64,000 nucleotides of DNA from an uncultured Thermoplasmata archaeon (GTDB lineage: Archaea > Thermoplasmatota > Thermoplasmata > UBA10834). Position numbers and translations under genes: made by a program. The stretch is taken from assembly GCA_963719945.1 (NCBI GenBank), contig CAVRDX010000001.1, forward strand, positions 512,001-576,000, written 5' to 3'. Shown in pieces: positions 19,155 through 29,220 of this stretch (positions are counted from its first letter, which is position 1; the number at the start of each line of letters is the position of its first letter). The notes below the pieces were generated by a model. That model ran no database searches. It was not told where the DNA came from and saw nothing but the letters and a program-made list of their open reading frames with translations.

Positions 19155-20190
19155 CTGGATCTCCACCTCCATAAGGACCATCAATTCGATCGGATGATGG
19201 CGATACTGGCAATGCCTTGTCCTCTGGCGGAGGAGGCAATTCCTCTGGGACGACCTCCGGTGGCGGTCTTCCATCCTCAGGTGGAGGAGGCTCGCTATTC
19301 GAAGGCTCGGATGCAGGCTTTGATATCTCAGAAGATTCAGCTGCAGCTCCAGTTGCTTCTGCATCTTTCGACTCATCCATAGTATCTGGGGATTCCGCCT
19401 CTTCTTCCTTCGGTTTCTCCTTCTTCTTTGGTGTGTTGACCTTGATATGGACGCCAGTATCATCCAGTTTCATGGAACGCATGGAGGAATCGTGGGACGA
19501 CCCTCTGTATTTCTCGATGGTTGCGCCCCTCACCAGACCTCGTCCGTCGAACCATTTATACAGCCTTATCTCGCCCCGAGCCATGTGCGACTCAGCGTCT
19601 GGTTTGGAAATCTCTGGCAGCTCTACCGTCAGGATAGTCGTTATTCCTAGGTCAGACAGCAATCTGAAGAATGATTGGAGGATCAGATACTCCTCACTTG
19701 TGCGTATGTAGAATCGCCTAAGAGATGTGACGGAATCAACCACTACTCGGGAGTACTTCCTTATCTTCATCTCTTGTTTCAGCAGTTCCTGAATGGTGTT
19801 TATAGTCATGTCAGAAGGACCTTTCTCGGATGTTTTTCGTATGTTATCTGGGAGGTCTCTGAACATCACGACTCTTCTCTCAGTCGAGATATCTCGCACA
19901 GGCGTCTTATCGTAGCTCAGGACGTCAGGCGTCCCATCGAACACGAATATTTTGGAGATATCCCATCCGAACGAGGTCATATTGGCCCTCACCTCGTTAG
20001 GGGGTTCATCTATTGCCACGTACAATACCTGTTCACCATTCATGGCACCTTCCATCAGGAATCGCATGGCAATGGCAGTCTTGCCAGTACCAGCTGTACC
20101 AGAGACTATGTATGGCCGAGCGGGGATCAATCCGCCTTCAAGCATCTCATCGATACCTGGTATTCCAATCTCGACTTTGTCCTTGATCAT
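19141..20190 (-). CDS. KaiC/RAD55-like ATPase with Pro/Glu-rich disordered C-terminal tail
   Basis: IGIPGIDEMLEGG, GTAGTGKT, IDEPP, VVDSVT, EKYRGS, then about 95 aa of low complexity. Confidence 0.9.
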   Translation of the reverse strand: MIKDKVEIGIPGIDEMLEGGLIPARPYIVSGTAGTGKTAIAMRFLMEGAMNGEQVLYVAIDEPPNEVRANMTSFGWDISKIFVFDGTPDVLSYDKTPVRDISTERRVVMFRDLPDNIRKTSEKGPSDMTINTIQELLKQEMKIRKYSRVVVDSVTSLRRFYIRTSEEYLILQSFFRLLSDLGITTILTVELPEISKPDAESHMARGEIRLYKWFDGRGLVRGATIEKYRGSSHDSSMRSMKLDDTGVHIKVNTPKKKEKPKEEEAESPDTMDESKDAEATGAAAESSEISKPASEPSNSEPPPPEDGRPPPEVVPEELPPPPEDKALPVSPSSDRIDGPYGGGDPDDSR

Positions 20191-20435
20191 CTCGAGCCCC
20201 AGCCCCGCGCCGGATATAGCGTAACTGCACCATCCGATTTAGAATCAGGATGCTTATATTTTTCCATCAGAATCCAAATGATGAGAATTATGGTCATGAC
20301 AATGAAGATTTTACCGTTAAAACGGATGTTTTATTAGTGGAGATGGAAATACGCCTTGTAGCTGGCTTCGTGCTCGAATCATGGTCATAAATGACCGATT
20401 TACTCATGAATCAAGCCCATCGATGGTGATAGATC

Positions 20436-21725
20436 ATGTCAGACAAACCGGGCGAATCCGGAATCCTGGGCAAATTGAGGAGCTCAGTACTTCTATCAAG
20501 GGATTTTTCAATACTCATGATGGGACTCATGGTCGTCAGCCTTGGCTTTGGGCTCCTCGCACCTATCATACCAGATTTGGCGAGGCGGCTGGGGATAAGC
20601 GATGGTGCCATGGGAGGCATCTTTGCTCTCTACTTCGTCGCTCTCGTCCTCGCAATGCCCCCTTCCGGATACCTAGCAGACAAGGTCGGCAGGAAGAAGA
20701 TGATAATCGGAGGACTCATCGTCTTCAGTGTAACCACATTTGCACTTGCCTTCGTGACTGATGCGCTCCAGTTCGCTGTGCTTAGGTCTATCGAGGGAGT
20801 CGGCGCTGCGATGATGGCTCCAGCATCATTCGCTCTGACAGTAGATATCGTCCCTGAGGACAAGCGGGCAACCGCGATGGGTATCGAAGGGACGGCTCAA
20901 GTAATCGGTGTCTTCGCCGGACCTGCAATTGGAGGTTATGTCGCAGGAGAGATCAATTTCTACTATCCATTTTACATCGGGGCGGGATTATCCATCATAT
21001 GCGCATTGATCGTCAGCTTTGTAAGGGAACCTGAAATCATCCAGACCGATGAGCACCCATCACTGTTGACAATGTTCGGTGCATGGAAGAGAAATGTGCA
21101 AGCCAATCGGACCATGATCGCTCTCACCGTCAGAGGCTTGGTCATGGGCGTCGTTCAAGGATTGTTCATGCTCGGCATCATCCTGTACTGGCGGGATGAG
21201 ATAGACATGTCGCTCACACAGGTTGGGATTGCGATGTCCATTGGGACAGCTGTCATGGCCGCAGGCACGCTATACTTCGGGACTTTGTCGGACAAGTATG
21301 GGAGAGTGCCATTCATCCTCGTGGGAGGGACACTTATGGCAGCCGGCCTCGCGGCCATGGTATTTGCTGAAAATGTCATGCACATCTATCTCCTTGTCGC
21401 CATCTCAGACCTCGGAGCTGCTATCTCAAATCCCTCTGTGGGAGCGCTACTTGCAGATACCATGCTGAAGGAGGAGCGCGGACGGGTAATGGGTGCATAT
21501 CAGACGGTCCAAGGCATCGGAAGCATCATCGGTCTGACAGGTCTCGGCATCGTATATGATAGCATAAATCATGATATGCCGATCATCATTGGAGCACTGG
21601 CCCTGGCGGTCGCGACGACAATCATAGCCATATATATCAGAGATAAGAGAAAACTGCCCTCTTCGGAAGCGAACGTCGCTTCATCGAACACCTCTGCAAT
21701 CAGATCAACACCAAGAGACGAATGA
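20436..21725 (+). CDS. MFS transporter (DHA1-like, about 12 TM)
   Basis: Motif A GYLADKVGRK and GTLSDKYGR; hydrophobic helices. Confidence 0.9.
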   Translation: MSDKPGESGILGKLRSSVLLSRDFSILMMGLMVVSLGFGLLAPIIPDLARRLGISDGAMGGIFALYFVALVLAMPPSGYLADKVGRKKMIIGGLIVFSVTTFALAFVTDALQFAVLRSIEGVGAAMMAPASFALTVDIVPEDKRATAMGIEGTAQVIGVFAGPAIGGYVAGEINFYYPFYIGAGLSIICALIVSFVREPEIIQTDEHPSLLTMFGAWKRNVQANRTMIALTVRGLVMGVVQGLFMLGIILYWRDEIDMSLTQVGIAMSIGTAVMAAGTLYFGTLSDKYGRVPFILVGGTLMAAGLAAMVFAENVMHIYLLVAISDLGAAISNPSVGALLADTMLKEERGRVMGAYQTVQGIGSIIGLTGLGIVYDSINHDMPIIIGALALAVATTIIAIYIRDKRKLPSSEANVASSNTSAIRSTPRDE

Positions 21726-21797
21726 GCAGGTACTCCCTGGAAATTCCTGATAACCTTTTATATGCGCATCGGCTTTTCTCAGAATTGCCGATTGACC

Positions 21798-23453
21798 ATG
21801 CCAGTAATCAATTTCAGCTATTCCGATCTATGCCACTTGCTAGGAATGCAGGTCTCCAGGCAGACACTCCGAGAGAAGCTTCCCATGATGGGTGCGGACC
21901 TCAACTCAGTCGATGAAGGATCCGATGATGTCTCTTTCGAGTTCTTTCCAGATCGACCGGACCTCTACTCAGTAGAAGGAATCGCAAGAGCCCTTCGTGC
22001 ATTCCTTGGCAAAGAAACTGGCCTCAAATCGTATCCTGTCACCCGTTCAGATGTTTCGGTCCTTGTCGATCCGAGCGTGGACCAAGTTCGACCATATATC
22101 TGGACAGCGATCGTCGAGGGGAATCGAATAGATGACGCATTGATACGGTCCATGATGGACCTGCAGGAGAAGCTGCACATAACCCTGGGACGGAACAGAA
22201 GAAAGGTAGCCATAGGACTTCACGACATCAAGGAAGTGAAACCACCATTCACCTACAAAGCGGTGGGACCGGACGAGATATCGTTCTTTCCACTGCAGGG
22301 TTCTCGAGAGATGAGTCTGAAGGAAATCCTAGAAGAACATGAGAAAGGAAAAGCTTATTCGTTCGTGCTTGAAGGGAAGGATAAGTATCCGATTATCCTC
22401 GACCGAGAAGGAAAGGTGCTCTCATTTCCACCAATAATAAATGGGATCACGACAGCAGTCACTGATAATACGAGAGACATCTTCGTCGATTGTACGGGGA
22501 CTGACGCGAATGCAGTTATGGCCGCAGTGAATATCATCGCAACGGCACTCGCAGAGCGCGGAGGGAGCATCAAATCAGTTTCCATGCAGCAGGGCGGCAG
22601 CAGCGCCAGTGCACCGAATCTCGAGCCGCGCATCATGAACCTCGAGATAGACTATGTAAAGCGCCTCATCGGCATTGATTTGGATGCTAGAGAAATGACT
22701 GAGTGTCTCGCAAGAATGGGCTATGGTGCCACATCAGGTGATGATGGACTCCAGGTCCTCATTCCTGCATACAGAGCAGATATCATCCATCCTGCTGACC
22801 TGGCAGAGGACGTCGCTATCGGATACGGCTTTGACAAATTCGGCGCTGAACTCCCACGAAAAGCGACTTTTGGCGTAGAGGATCCAACCATTGGATTCTC
22901 TTCAAGAGTACGACCCATTCTGACGGGGCTTGGATACCTCGAGATTGTAACCCTGTCCCTTTCAAATCCAAGAGATCAATACGAATTCTTGGGCCTGCCG
23001 GTTAGAGACGACGCGGTGCGCATCATGAACCCCGTCAGTGAGGATCATGTCCAGATACGCACGTCACTCCTACCGAGCATATTGACCATTCTCAGAAAGA
23101 ACAAGCACCGTGAACTTCCGCAGAGAGTTTTCGAAATTGGGGACACGGTCATCAACCATAGAAACTTGACATATCTATCAGGAGCATCCATACATGCAAA
23201 AGCGAGCTTCACAGAATGCAAATCAGACATACAATCATTAATGACTGCGCTCGGTCTCTCAGTGACCGTCGAGAAGATGGATAATAAGGCATTTGCCGAT
23301 GGCAGATGCGCTGCGATCAGGCACGCTTCAGGCCTTCTCGGCGTATTCGGAGAATTGGCCCCTTCGACTATCGAGTCGTTTGAACTCGGTTATCCAATCG
23401 CAGCATTTGAGTTCGATCTTGAATTGATAATCAGGGCAAGAAGATCACGATGA
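21798..23453 (+). CDS. pheT: Phenylalanine-tRNA ligase beta subunit (archaeal type)
   Basis: PDRPDLYSVEGIAR, QEKLH..GRNRRKVAIGLHD, YRADIIH..DLAEDVAIGYG, RTSLLP. Confidence 0.95.
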   Translation: MPVINFSYSDLCHLLGMQVSRQTLREKLPMMGADLNSVDEGSDDVSFEFFPDRPDLYSVEGIARALRAFLGKETGLKSYPVTRSDVSVLVDPSVDQVRPYIWTAIVEGNRIDDALIRSMMDLQEKLHITLGRNRRKVAIGLHDIKEVKPPFTYKAVGPDEISFFPLQGSREMSLKEILEEHEKGKAYSFVLEGKDKYPIILDREGKVLSFPPIINGITTAVTDNTRDIFVDCTGTDANAVMAAVNIIATALAERGGSIKSVSMQQGGSSASAPNLEPRIMNLEIDYVKRLIGIDLDAREMTECLARMGYGATSGDDGLQVLIPAYRADIIHPADLAEDVAIGYGFDKFGAELPRKATFGVEDPTIGFSSRVRPILTGLGYLEIVTLSLSNPRDQYEFLGLPVRDDAVRIMNPVSEDHVQIRTSLLPSILTILRKNKHRELPQRVFEIGDTVINHRNLTYLSGASIHAKASFTECKSDIQSLMTALGLSVTVEKMDNKAFADGRCAAIRHASGLLGVFGELAPSTIESFELGYPIAAFEFDLELIIRARRSR

Positions 23454-23469
23454 TTGTGGATCATCACCT

Positions 23470-23556
23470 GCTGAGGTAGCTAAGCCCGGTTCACGGCGCC
23501 AGCCTTGAGAGTTGGTGGTACTACGTACCACGGGAGTTCAAATCTCCCCCTCAGCG
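23470..23556 (+). tRNA. tRNA-Ser(TGA)
   Basis: GCTGAGG/CCTCAGC acceptor stem, CCAGC-CT-TGA-GA-GTTGG anticodon arm, long variable arm TGGTAC/GTACCA, GTTCAAATC. Confidence 0.95.
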
Positions 23557-23642
23557 CTCAATCCACTCCTGCAACAACATATAATATCCCTAATCCTCAT
23601 TAACAATGTCAATCGATGTTCGAATTGAGGGAGGCATAATTC

Positions 23643-26267
23643 CTGATTCGCGTACTCCTCGTGGACGATGAGCCTCAGCTCCTAGAACTCGCAAGATTCT
23701 TTCTCGATAAACAGGGCCAATTCACGGTCGATACGGCGACATCCGCGAAAGACGCTCTGAAAAAAATCTCCAAGGGTGGGCTAGATGCGATCGTCTCAGA
23801 TTACCAGATGTCAGAGATGGATGGCATAGAATTCCTGAAAGTCCTCAGAGCGCAGAATAATGACATCCCATTCATCCTATTCACAGGACGAGGCAGGGAA
23901 GATGTCGCCATAGAGGCGCTCAATTCCGGCGCGAACTTCTATCTGCAGAAAGGAGGCGACCCGAAGTCTCAGTTCGCAGAACTGGCCAACATGGTGAAAT
24001 CATCCGTCGAGAAGATCCACGATAGACAGGAACTCATGGAGTCAGAGCGCCGATTCAGAAGCATGCTTGCCAATATCCATCATGCAGCCCTCGTCCTCGA
24101 TAAGGATGGCAATATCACATATTGCAATGATCATTTGCTCAAGATTATTGGCTATGAATCTCATGAGCTGATGGGTCGAAACGCAACCGAGATATTTCTC
24201 TCACCTGAAAAGAGGGAGGAGTTTCGAGAAGAGCAACGACGAGTGATGGACCTCGGCACATACCCTACAGGAATCCAATATGAGACCATCTTGAATACAA
24301 AGACCGGAGGGAAAGTCCTGATTGGATGGGACTCAACTGCACTCAGAGACCGAGATGGGAATCCAATCGGTACTGCAAGCATAGGCGAGGACATAACACA
24401 GAAACGGAAGGTAGAGGAAGAACTAAGGCGATCAGAATCACAGTACCGAAGACTCGCTGTCACAGCGCCCTGCCTCATCTGTGCATTATCTCCAGATGGT
24501 CAGACCATTTTTGTCAATGATTATGTCGAGGCATTGAGCGGTTACAAACCATCCGAACTCATAGGCAAGAATTGGCTGGATATATTCTATCCAGACGACC
24601 TTCACAACCAGATTGACGAACTCTTTCGCTTGTTCGAGCAGGGGGATGTTGAGAACCACGAGATGACCCTCCGTGCCAAGGACGGCAGCCTGCACACCGT
24701 CGTCTGGAATTCATTCAATGCATGGTCTGAGGATGGTACCCAGCTCATTGAGATAAATGGCGCGGGACTGGATGTCACATCAAGGAAGAGAACGGAGGAC
24801 GCACTCAGAGAGAGTGGCGCATTCAATCGTGCGGTACTAGATTCACTTGATGCAAACATAGCCGTACTTGATAGGAGAGGAGACATCGTCGCTGTCAATC
24901 GTGGCTGGTGGATGTTCGCCAGGGAGAACAAAGGAGACAGTAGTAAAGTAGGGGTGGGAGCGAACTACCTCGACGAATGTGATAAGGCATCGAGTGACGT
25001 CCAAGAAGCTCGCACCATGCGCAATGGCATAGTCTCAGTTCTTAGCGGAGAGAATGAATCCTTCACGCTTGAATACTCAGGCGAAGTCAATAGTGAAGAG
25101 CGATGGTTCTTGGCGCAGATCAATTCGCTGCAAAGGAAGCGGGGAGGGGCGGTCGTATCGCACATCGATGTGACAAAGCGCAAGATGGCACAGAAAGAGT
25201 TAGCCCAAAGCGAAGATCGCTATAGAACCATCTTCGAGACGGTTGGTGATTCGCTCATAATTGCGGACAATACTTCGACAGCAATTCTAGTCAACTCCGA
25301 ATTCGAGAAGGTTTCTGGCTACCAGAAATTCGATGTCGAGGGGAAGATGAACCTAGCAGATTTCTTCGCAGAGCACGATGTGAAGACCCTCATAGACATC
25401 GCTAAGAAGAAGAGAGACGATCCTGTGTCAACAATTCAGCCACATGAATTCAGAACTAAGGACAAATTTGGAAACGAGAAGGCTTTCATGGCGACTGTGT
25501 CTATTCTTCCGACATCGGAACGCATCGTGATATCCTTGGTAGACCAGACTGAGAGGAAATATTACGAAGATGCGCTTGAGCAGGTCAGGCGAAAGATGGA
25601 CATTCTCAGCAAAATCACTCGGCACGACATTCTAAACCAGCTTTCTGTGATATATGGATATGTGGATTTGGCGAGCGATCAGACAACCGATATGAAGCTC
25701 TCGGGGACATTAGAGCGATTGCATCTGGCTACCGATTCAATAAAGCACCATCTGGAATTTGCCAGGGACTATCAGAACATGGGGACGAAGAGACCGCAAT
25801 GGGTGGATGTCAGAGCAGCCTGTAAGAGGGCGGCAAGCAACATGGACACGAAAGATGTCTCCGTAGTCATCGAACTGAGGGACCTGGAGGTGTTCACGGA
25901 TCCTATGCTGGAGAAGGTCTTCTACAACTTGCTCGATAACTCAATCAGACATGGTGGCGACGTCAAGAGTGTCAAATTCGCCTTCGTACGTGACCGACAG
26001 GGCATGAGGATAATCTGCCAAGATGATGGAATCGGAATCCCAGTGGAGCGCAAGACTGCGATATTCAAAAGAGACGATGGCAGGGAAGGGGAGCAGCGCG
26101 GCTACGGTCTATACCTTGCCAAGGAGATATTGGGCATCACGGGCATGACAATATCTGAAAATGGAACGCCGGGCGAGTGTGCTAGGTTCGTCATTCACAT
26201 TCCTCAAGGCAAGTATAGGACTAAGCCTCCTTTGAGAAGACGCAGAAATCAAAAATCAGCGTATTGA
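23643..26267 (+). CDS. Hybrid sensor kinase REC-(PAS)x4-HisKA-HATPase; probable CTG start
   Basis: IRVLLVDDE..IVSDY..FTGRG..YLQK receiver; PAS/PAC repeats; RHDILNQL H-box; NLLDNSIRHG, DDGIGI, GYGLY. Confidence 0.9.
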   Translation: MIRVLLVDDEPQLLELARFFLDKQGQFTVDTATSAKDALKKISKGGLDAIVSDYQMSEMDGIEFLKVLRAQNNDIPFILFTGRGREDVAIEALNSGANFYLQKGGDPKSQFAELANMVKSSVEKIHDRQELMESERRFRSMLANIHHAALVLDKDGNITYCNDHLLKIIGYESHELMGRNATEIFLSPEKREEFREEQRRVMDLGTYPTGIQYETILNTKTGGKVLIGWDSTALRDRDGNPIGTASIGEDITQKRKVEEELRRSESQYRRLAVTAPCLICALSPDGQTIFVNDYVEALSGYKPSELIGKNWLDIFYPDDLHNQIDELFRLFEQGDVENHEMTLRAKDGSLHTVVWNSFNAWSEDGTQLIEINGAGLDVTSRKRTEDALRESGAFNRAVLDSLDANIAVLDRRGDIVAVNRGWWMFARENKGDSSKVGVGANYLDECDKASSDVQEARTMRNGIVSVLSGENESFTLEYSGEVNSEERWFLAQINSLQRKRGGAVVSHIDVTKRKMAQKELAQSEDRYRTIFETVGDSLIIADNTSTAILVNSEFEKVSGYQKFDVEGKMNLADFFAEHDVKTLIDIAKKKRDDPVSTIQPHEFRTKDKFGNEKAFMATVSILPTSERIVISLVDQTERKYYEDALEQVRRKMDILSKITRHDILNQLSVIYGYVDLASDQTTDMKLSGTLERLHLATDSIKHHLEFARDYQNMGTKRPQWVDVRAACKRAASNMDTKDVSVVIELRDLEVFTDPMLEKVFYNLLDNSIRHGGDVKSVKFAFVRDRQGMRIICQDDGIGIPVERKTAIFKRDDGREGEQRGYGLYLAKEILGITGMTISENGTPGECARFVIHIPQGKYRTKPPLRRRRNQKSAY

Positions 26268-26396
26268 GGGATTAGGAATCATCAAAACCCTGTTCCCTTC
26301 AGAGATAACACCGAGATAAAACGCGACATATCGCATACATTTATGTGCGCTCACGCGCATTCTGTATTGTCCGATAGGATACGGGATGGGAAACGA

Positions 26397-26684
26397 ATGT
26401 GTAAGTACAGCTACCTTAGCGGAGCTTGTGCTAACCGCCACATAGATAGCCTTGAATGCGTCGGAGAGAATGAGTGCAAGTTCTCGGATATGAACATACT
26501 CACCAAGAGAACGACATCGCAATCCAATGCCGAATGTGGAGCCGACAAATGGCTAGGGCTCTATTGTGAGAAGTACAAACGATTCTTCTGTGCCGGGAAA
26601 GACAATTGCGCAACCCCTGATTCATACATGACCCACTTCAGCGAGCATCAGGATAGACTTTTCAAGAGATTCGAGGAGGAATGA
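26397..26684 (+). CDS. Small Cys-rich hypothetical protein (paralogue 1)
   Basis: 8 Cys; YCEKYKRFFCAGKDNC motif shared with the next ORF. Confidence 0.7.
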   Translation: MCKYSYLSGACANRHIDSLECVGENECKFSDMNILTKRTTSQSNAECGADKWLGLYCEKYKRFFCAGKDNCATPDSYMTHFSEHQDRLFKRFEEE

Positions 26685-26688
26685 TATC

Positions 26689-26919
26689 CTGCATTGTAAA
26701 CACCTCAGCAAGAACGGCATGTGCGAGGGGAAATACTCCGGATATGCGTGCATCCGAACGCATTGCGCGATAGTCCGTGAATCCAAGTTGTGCGAGCACC
26801 ACGACATCTCAGGAGATTATTGCAGGAAATATGCTAGATTCGGGTGCGTCGGCAAGGGAAACTGTGAATCAGCCGAAGATTATCTTGATTCGATATGCGA
26901 GGACGAGCAGACATCCTAG
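26689..26919 (+). CDS. Small Cys-rich hypothetical protein (paralogue 2); probable CTG start
   Basis: YCRKYARFGCVGKGNC motif; GAGGAGG RBS 9 nt before CTG; this start restores the first Cys (HCKH) that aligns with paralogue 1. Confidence 0.65.
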   Translation: MHCKHLSKNGMCEGKYSGYACIRTHCAIVRESKLCEHHDISGDYCRKYARFGCVGKGNCESAEDYLDSICEDEQTS

Positions 26920-27899
26920 ACTTGTTCACAATACAACTCACACCTTATCCGTGGTATGATTGCCATCAAGACCGCGATTTCGGTTAGCGACGTCCGATCT
27001 ATGAGCCCATCCGACAGATATCCTACGGATCCGGATTTGTGACCAATCCTGTCTATCCCAGTTAGTTCGCTCATCACATCGCCTACTGCCCTTCCTTCTG
27101 AAACTGCCTTCAGCACCGATGGAGGATACTCGAATCCTGGCCCATGACCGATTGTCGTACGACGAGCGGAATCAATCACAACACAATACTGGACGTCCAA
27201 TCGGCGTTTCATGTAGCGATCTATGTGCAGACCCGCTTCAATCCCTACCCCGAAGTCCGCTCCTTCAACCAAGACCGCTTTCTCCGCTCGCTTCATCGCA
27301 CCCTGGAGCACCTGTTCATCCATCGGTTGCCGAATAAGGTCGTCTCCTGGATCTATGGACGATACATCCACAAGCCCGAACGCCTGGGTGAATATGTTTC
27401 TGACCGCATCAATCTTCACCTTATTTGTCGAGCCCACGACAACCCTAAGCGGGCGAAGCAGGTGTCCGTCTTTATCGATCTCGCCTTTCATGATACGGGT
27501 GGAACTGATTGGAACGGAATCCTCTGCCTTGACCGATCGTATACAGAAGACCTTGAGCGCATTGAGACCGTGTGCCTTCCTTGCAGAATTTATGGATTCG
27601 GCGTTATGTTTGGTCTCAGGTGAGACGACTATGCCATCCAACCGCTCCGAAGTAGCGGCCGTCCCGAATTCGTCGGTGATCATTATTATCTCGAATGGCT
27701 TTCCAAAGCGTTCAAGGAATCTGATCAGGTTGGCCTTGCGCTGGAAGTACGGGGCTACCAGCGTCTTTCGCGTTGACCTGGCGAATTCGTCTGAGGTAAG
27801 ACCTATCTCGACCTCGTCCGCGACCGAGAATGCGGTCTCGAACAGAAGTTCATGACCACCATGGATCAAGTTGAACGTCCCACCAACACCTACGCGCAG
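26916..27899 (-). CDS. coaD: Fusion of phosphopantetheine adenylyltransferase and YjjX-type inosine/xanthosine triphosphatase; probable CTG start
   Basis: RVGVGGTFNLIHGGH, IGLTSDEF, VVSPET, ISSTRI, then VGSTNKVK, QP, GIEAG, G.VGYLS..R. Confidence 0.88.
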   Translation of the reverse strand: MRVGVGGTFNLIHGGHELLFETAFSVADEVEIGLTSDEFARSTRKTLVAPYFQRKANLIRFLERFGKPFEIIMITDEFGTAATSERLDGIVVSPETKHNAESINSARKAHGLNALKVFCIRSVKAEDSVPISSTRIMKGEIDKDGHLLRPLRVVVGSTNKVKIDAVRNIFTQAFGLVDVSSIDPGDDLIRQPMDEQVLQGAMKRAEKAVLVEGADFGVGIEAGLHIDRYMKRRLDVQYCVVIDSARRTTIGHGPGFEYPPSVLKAVSEGRAVGDVMSELTGIDRIGHKSGSVGYLSDGLIDRTSLTEIAVLMAIIPRIRCELYCEQV

Positions 27900-27903
27900 G
27901 CCA

Positions 27904-28101
27904 TCACCCCAAGAACATCAGCGTGACTGCAAATATCATTATGATGACCATCACGACGTAGAAGTACATCAACTGGTTCTTCTTCTTGGACATCTTCGTC
28001 TTCCACTCTGTCTCGCATTTATCATCACAGTACTGATCCTTGTACGGAATCGCCTTCTCGCAGTTTCTGCAATGTCTATGCTGACCAATGCGTTCTACCA
28101 A
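27904..28101 (-). CDS. DUF2116-like Zn-ribbon membrane protein
   Basis: HRHCRNC..IP...YCDDKC followed by a C-terminal TM helix. Confidence 0.85.
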   Translation of the reverse strand: MVERIGQHRHCRNCEKAIPYKDQYCDDKCETEWKTKMSKKKNQLMYFYVVMVIIMIFAVTLMFLG

Positions 28102-28173
28102 TATCTCACCATCCTTGCTAACATTATGCGAACTTATTATCGTTTTCCCAATGGGTTCGCGCTCTTATGATGA

Positions 28174-29100
28174 TCAGAGTTCGACCCTTACGCCTTCGCA
28201 ACCGACCTTGACCGAGTATGGTCTTCCGCCTGCATCTATGATGGCGTCACATACTTCAGCGGGATGGTCGGTCAGTGCAATCATGCTTCCGCCACCACCG
28301 GCTCCAGTGAGTTTAGCACCATATGAATGACTCGATGCTGCATCGATTAACCTATCAAGGGTCGGATGACCAACACCCAGAGATATGAGCAGGGAATTGT
28401 TCTCTGTCATCAGATGACCTATCTTGACCTTGTCATTTTTGCGCATCGCATCCATGCCATCCAAAACTAGCTCCCCTATGCGATCCACTGCTCTCCTCGC
28501 ATCTAGGCTTGAGTCCACTAGCTTCCGGACCCCCTCCACCAATGGTCCAGTCAAGGCATGCGTTCCCGTGTATCCAATGACAAAGGTGAGGTCAGGGACT
28601 TCGCAATCGTGGATGTTCCACATACGATTGCCGTTCATTATGCACCACAAATGATTATCCATCTTCTCAGGGCTGACAAGGATTCCCCGTCCGTTCGTTG
28701 AGACGGATGTATCTGTTGGGCTAGCATTGCCTTGCACAGACAATTCCACCCGGAATGCTTTTCTTGCGATGGATTCCAACTCGAATGCGTTCTTCTCTGA
28801 CAGGAGGGAGCCAATGGTCGCCACGGTCACCGCTGCAGACGACCCCAGGCCGGATCCAGATGGAATCCATGATCGAGTCCTAATGTCAATAGGAGGACCA
28901 GCCCAAGCTTCATCCAACGCTGCCGATATATAGCCATGATGTCGACTGTTCATCGGTCGGCCGTTCACGAGATAGCTGCTAGCGGGTCTCATGCTGCTCT
29001 TAATTCTGAGATCTATGGCCAAAGCTAGCGCGGGCTTCCCGAATACCACCGCATGCTCGCCGAAGAGTATTATCTTCCCAGGAGCCGAGCACTTGCTCAT
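28174..29100 (-). CDS. mvk: Mevalonate kinase
   Basis: APGKIILFGEHAVV, PSGSGLGSSAA, QGNASPTD, AKLTGAGGGG. Confidence 0.92.
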   Translation of the reverse strand: MSKCSAPGKIILFGEHAVVFGKPALALAIDLRIKSSMRPASSYLVNGRPMNSRHHGYISAALDEAWAGPPIDIRTRSWIPSGSGLGSSAAVTVATIGSLLSEKNAFELESIARKAFRVELSVQGNASPTDTSVSTNGRGILVSPEKMDNHLWCIMNGNRMWNIHDCEVPDLTFVIGYTGTHALTGPLVEGVRKLVDSSLDARRAVDRIGELVLDGMDAMRKNDKVKIGHLMTENNSLLISLGVGHPTLDRLIDAASSHSYGAKLTGAGGGGSMIALTDHPAEVCDAIIDAGGRPYSVKVGCEGVRVEL

Positions 29101-29220
29101 CGAATCCCCCAGACATCACAGCAGATATATCCTTTTCTTAGACAGATGCCGAAGATTGAGATTGCCTGCGCGCAAGGGTTATTACTCGTTAATCACTTGT
29201 CGAAAGCACCAGTGGTCCAC

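Noticed and set aside
19155-19463. N-terminal extension of the 381-aa ORF
   Set aside because: It is an off-frame overlap with the upstream KaiC tail; ATG 19154 has a good SD.
26916-27899. CoaD-YjjX fusion as a novelty
   Set aside because: This fusion is already known from Thermoplasmata.
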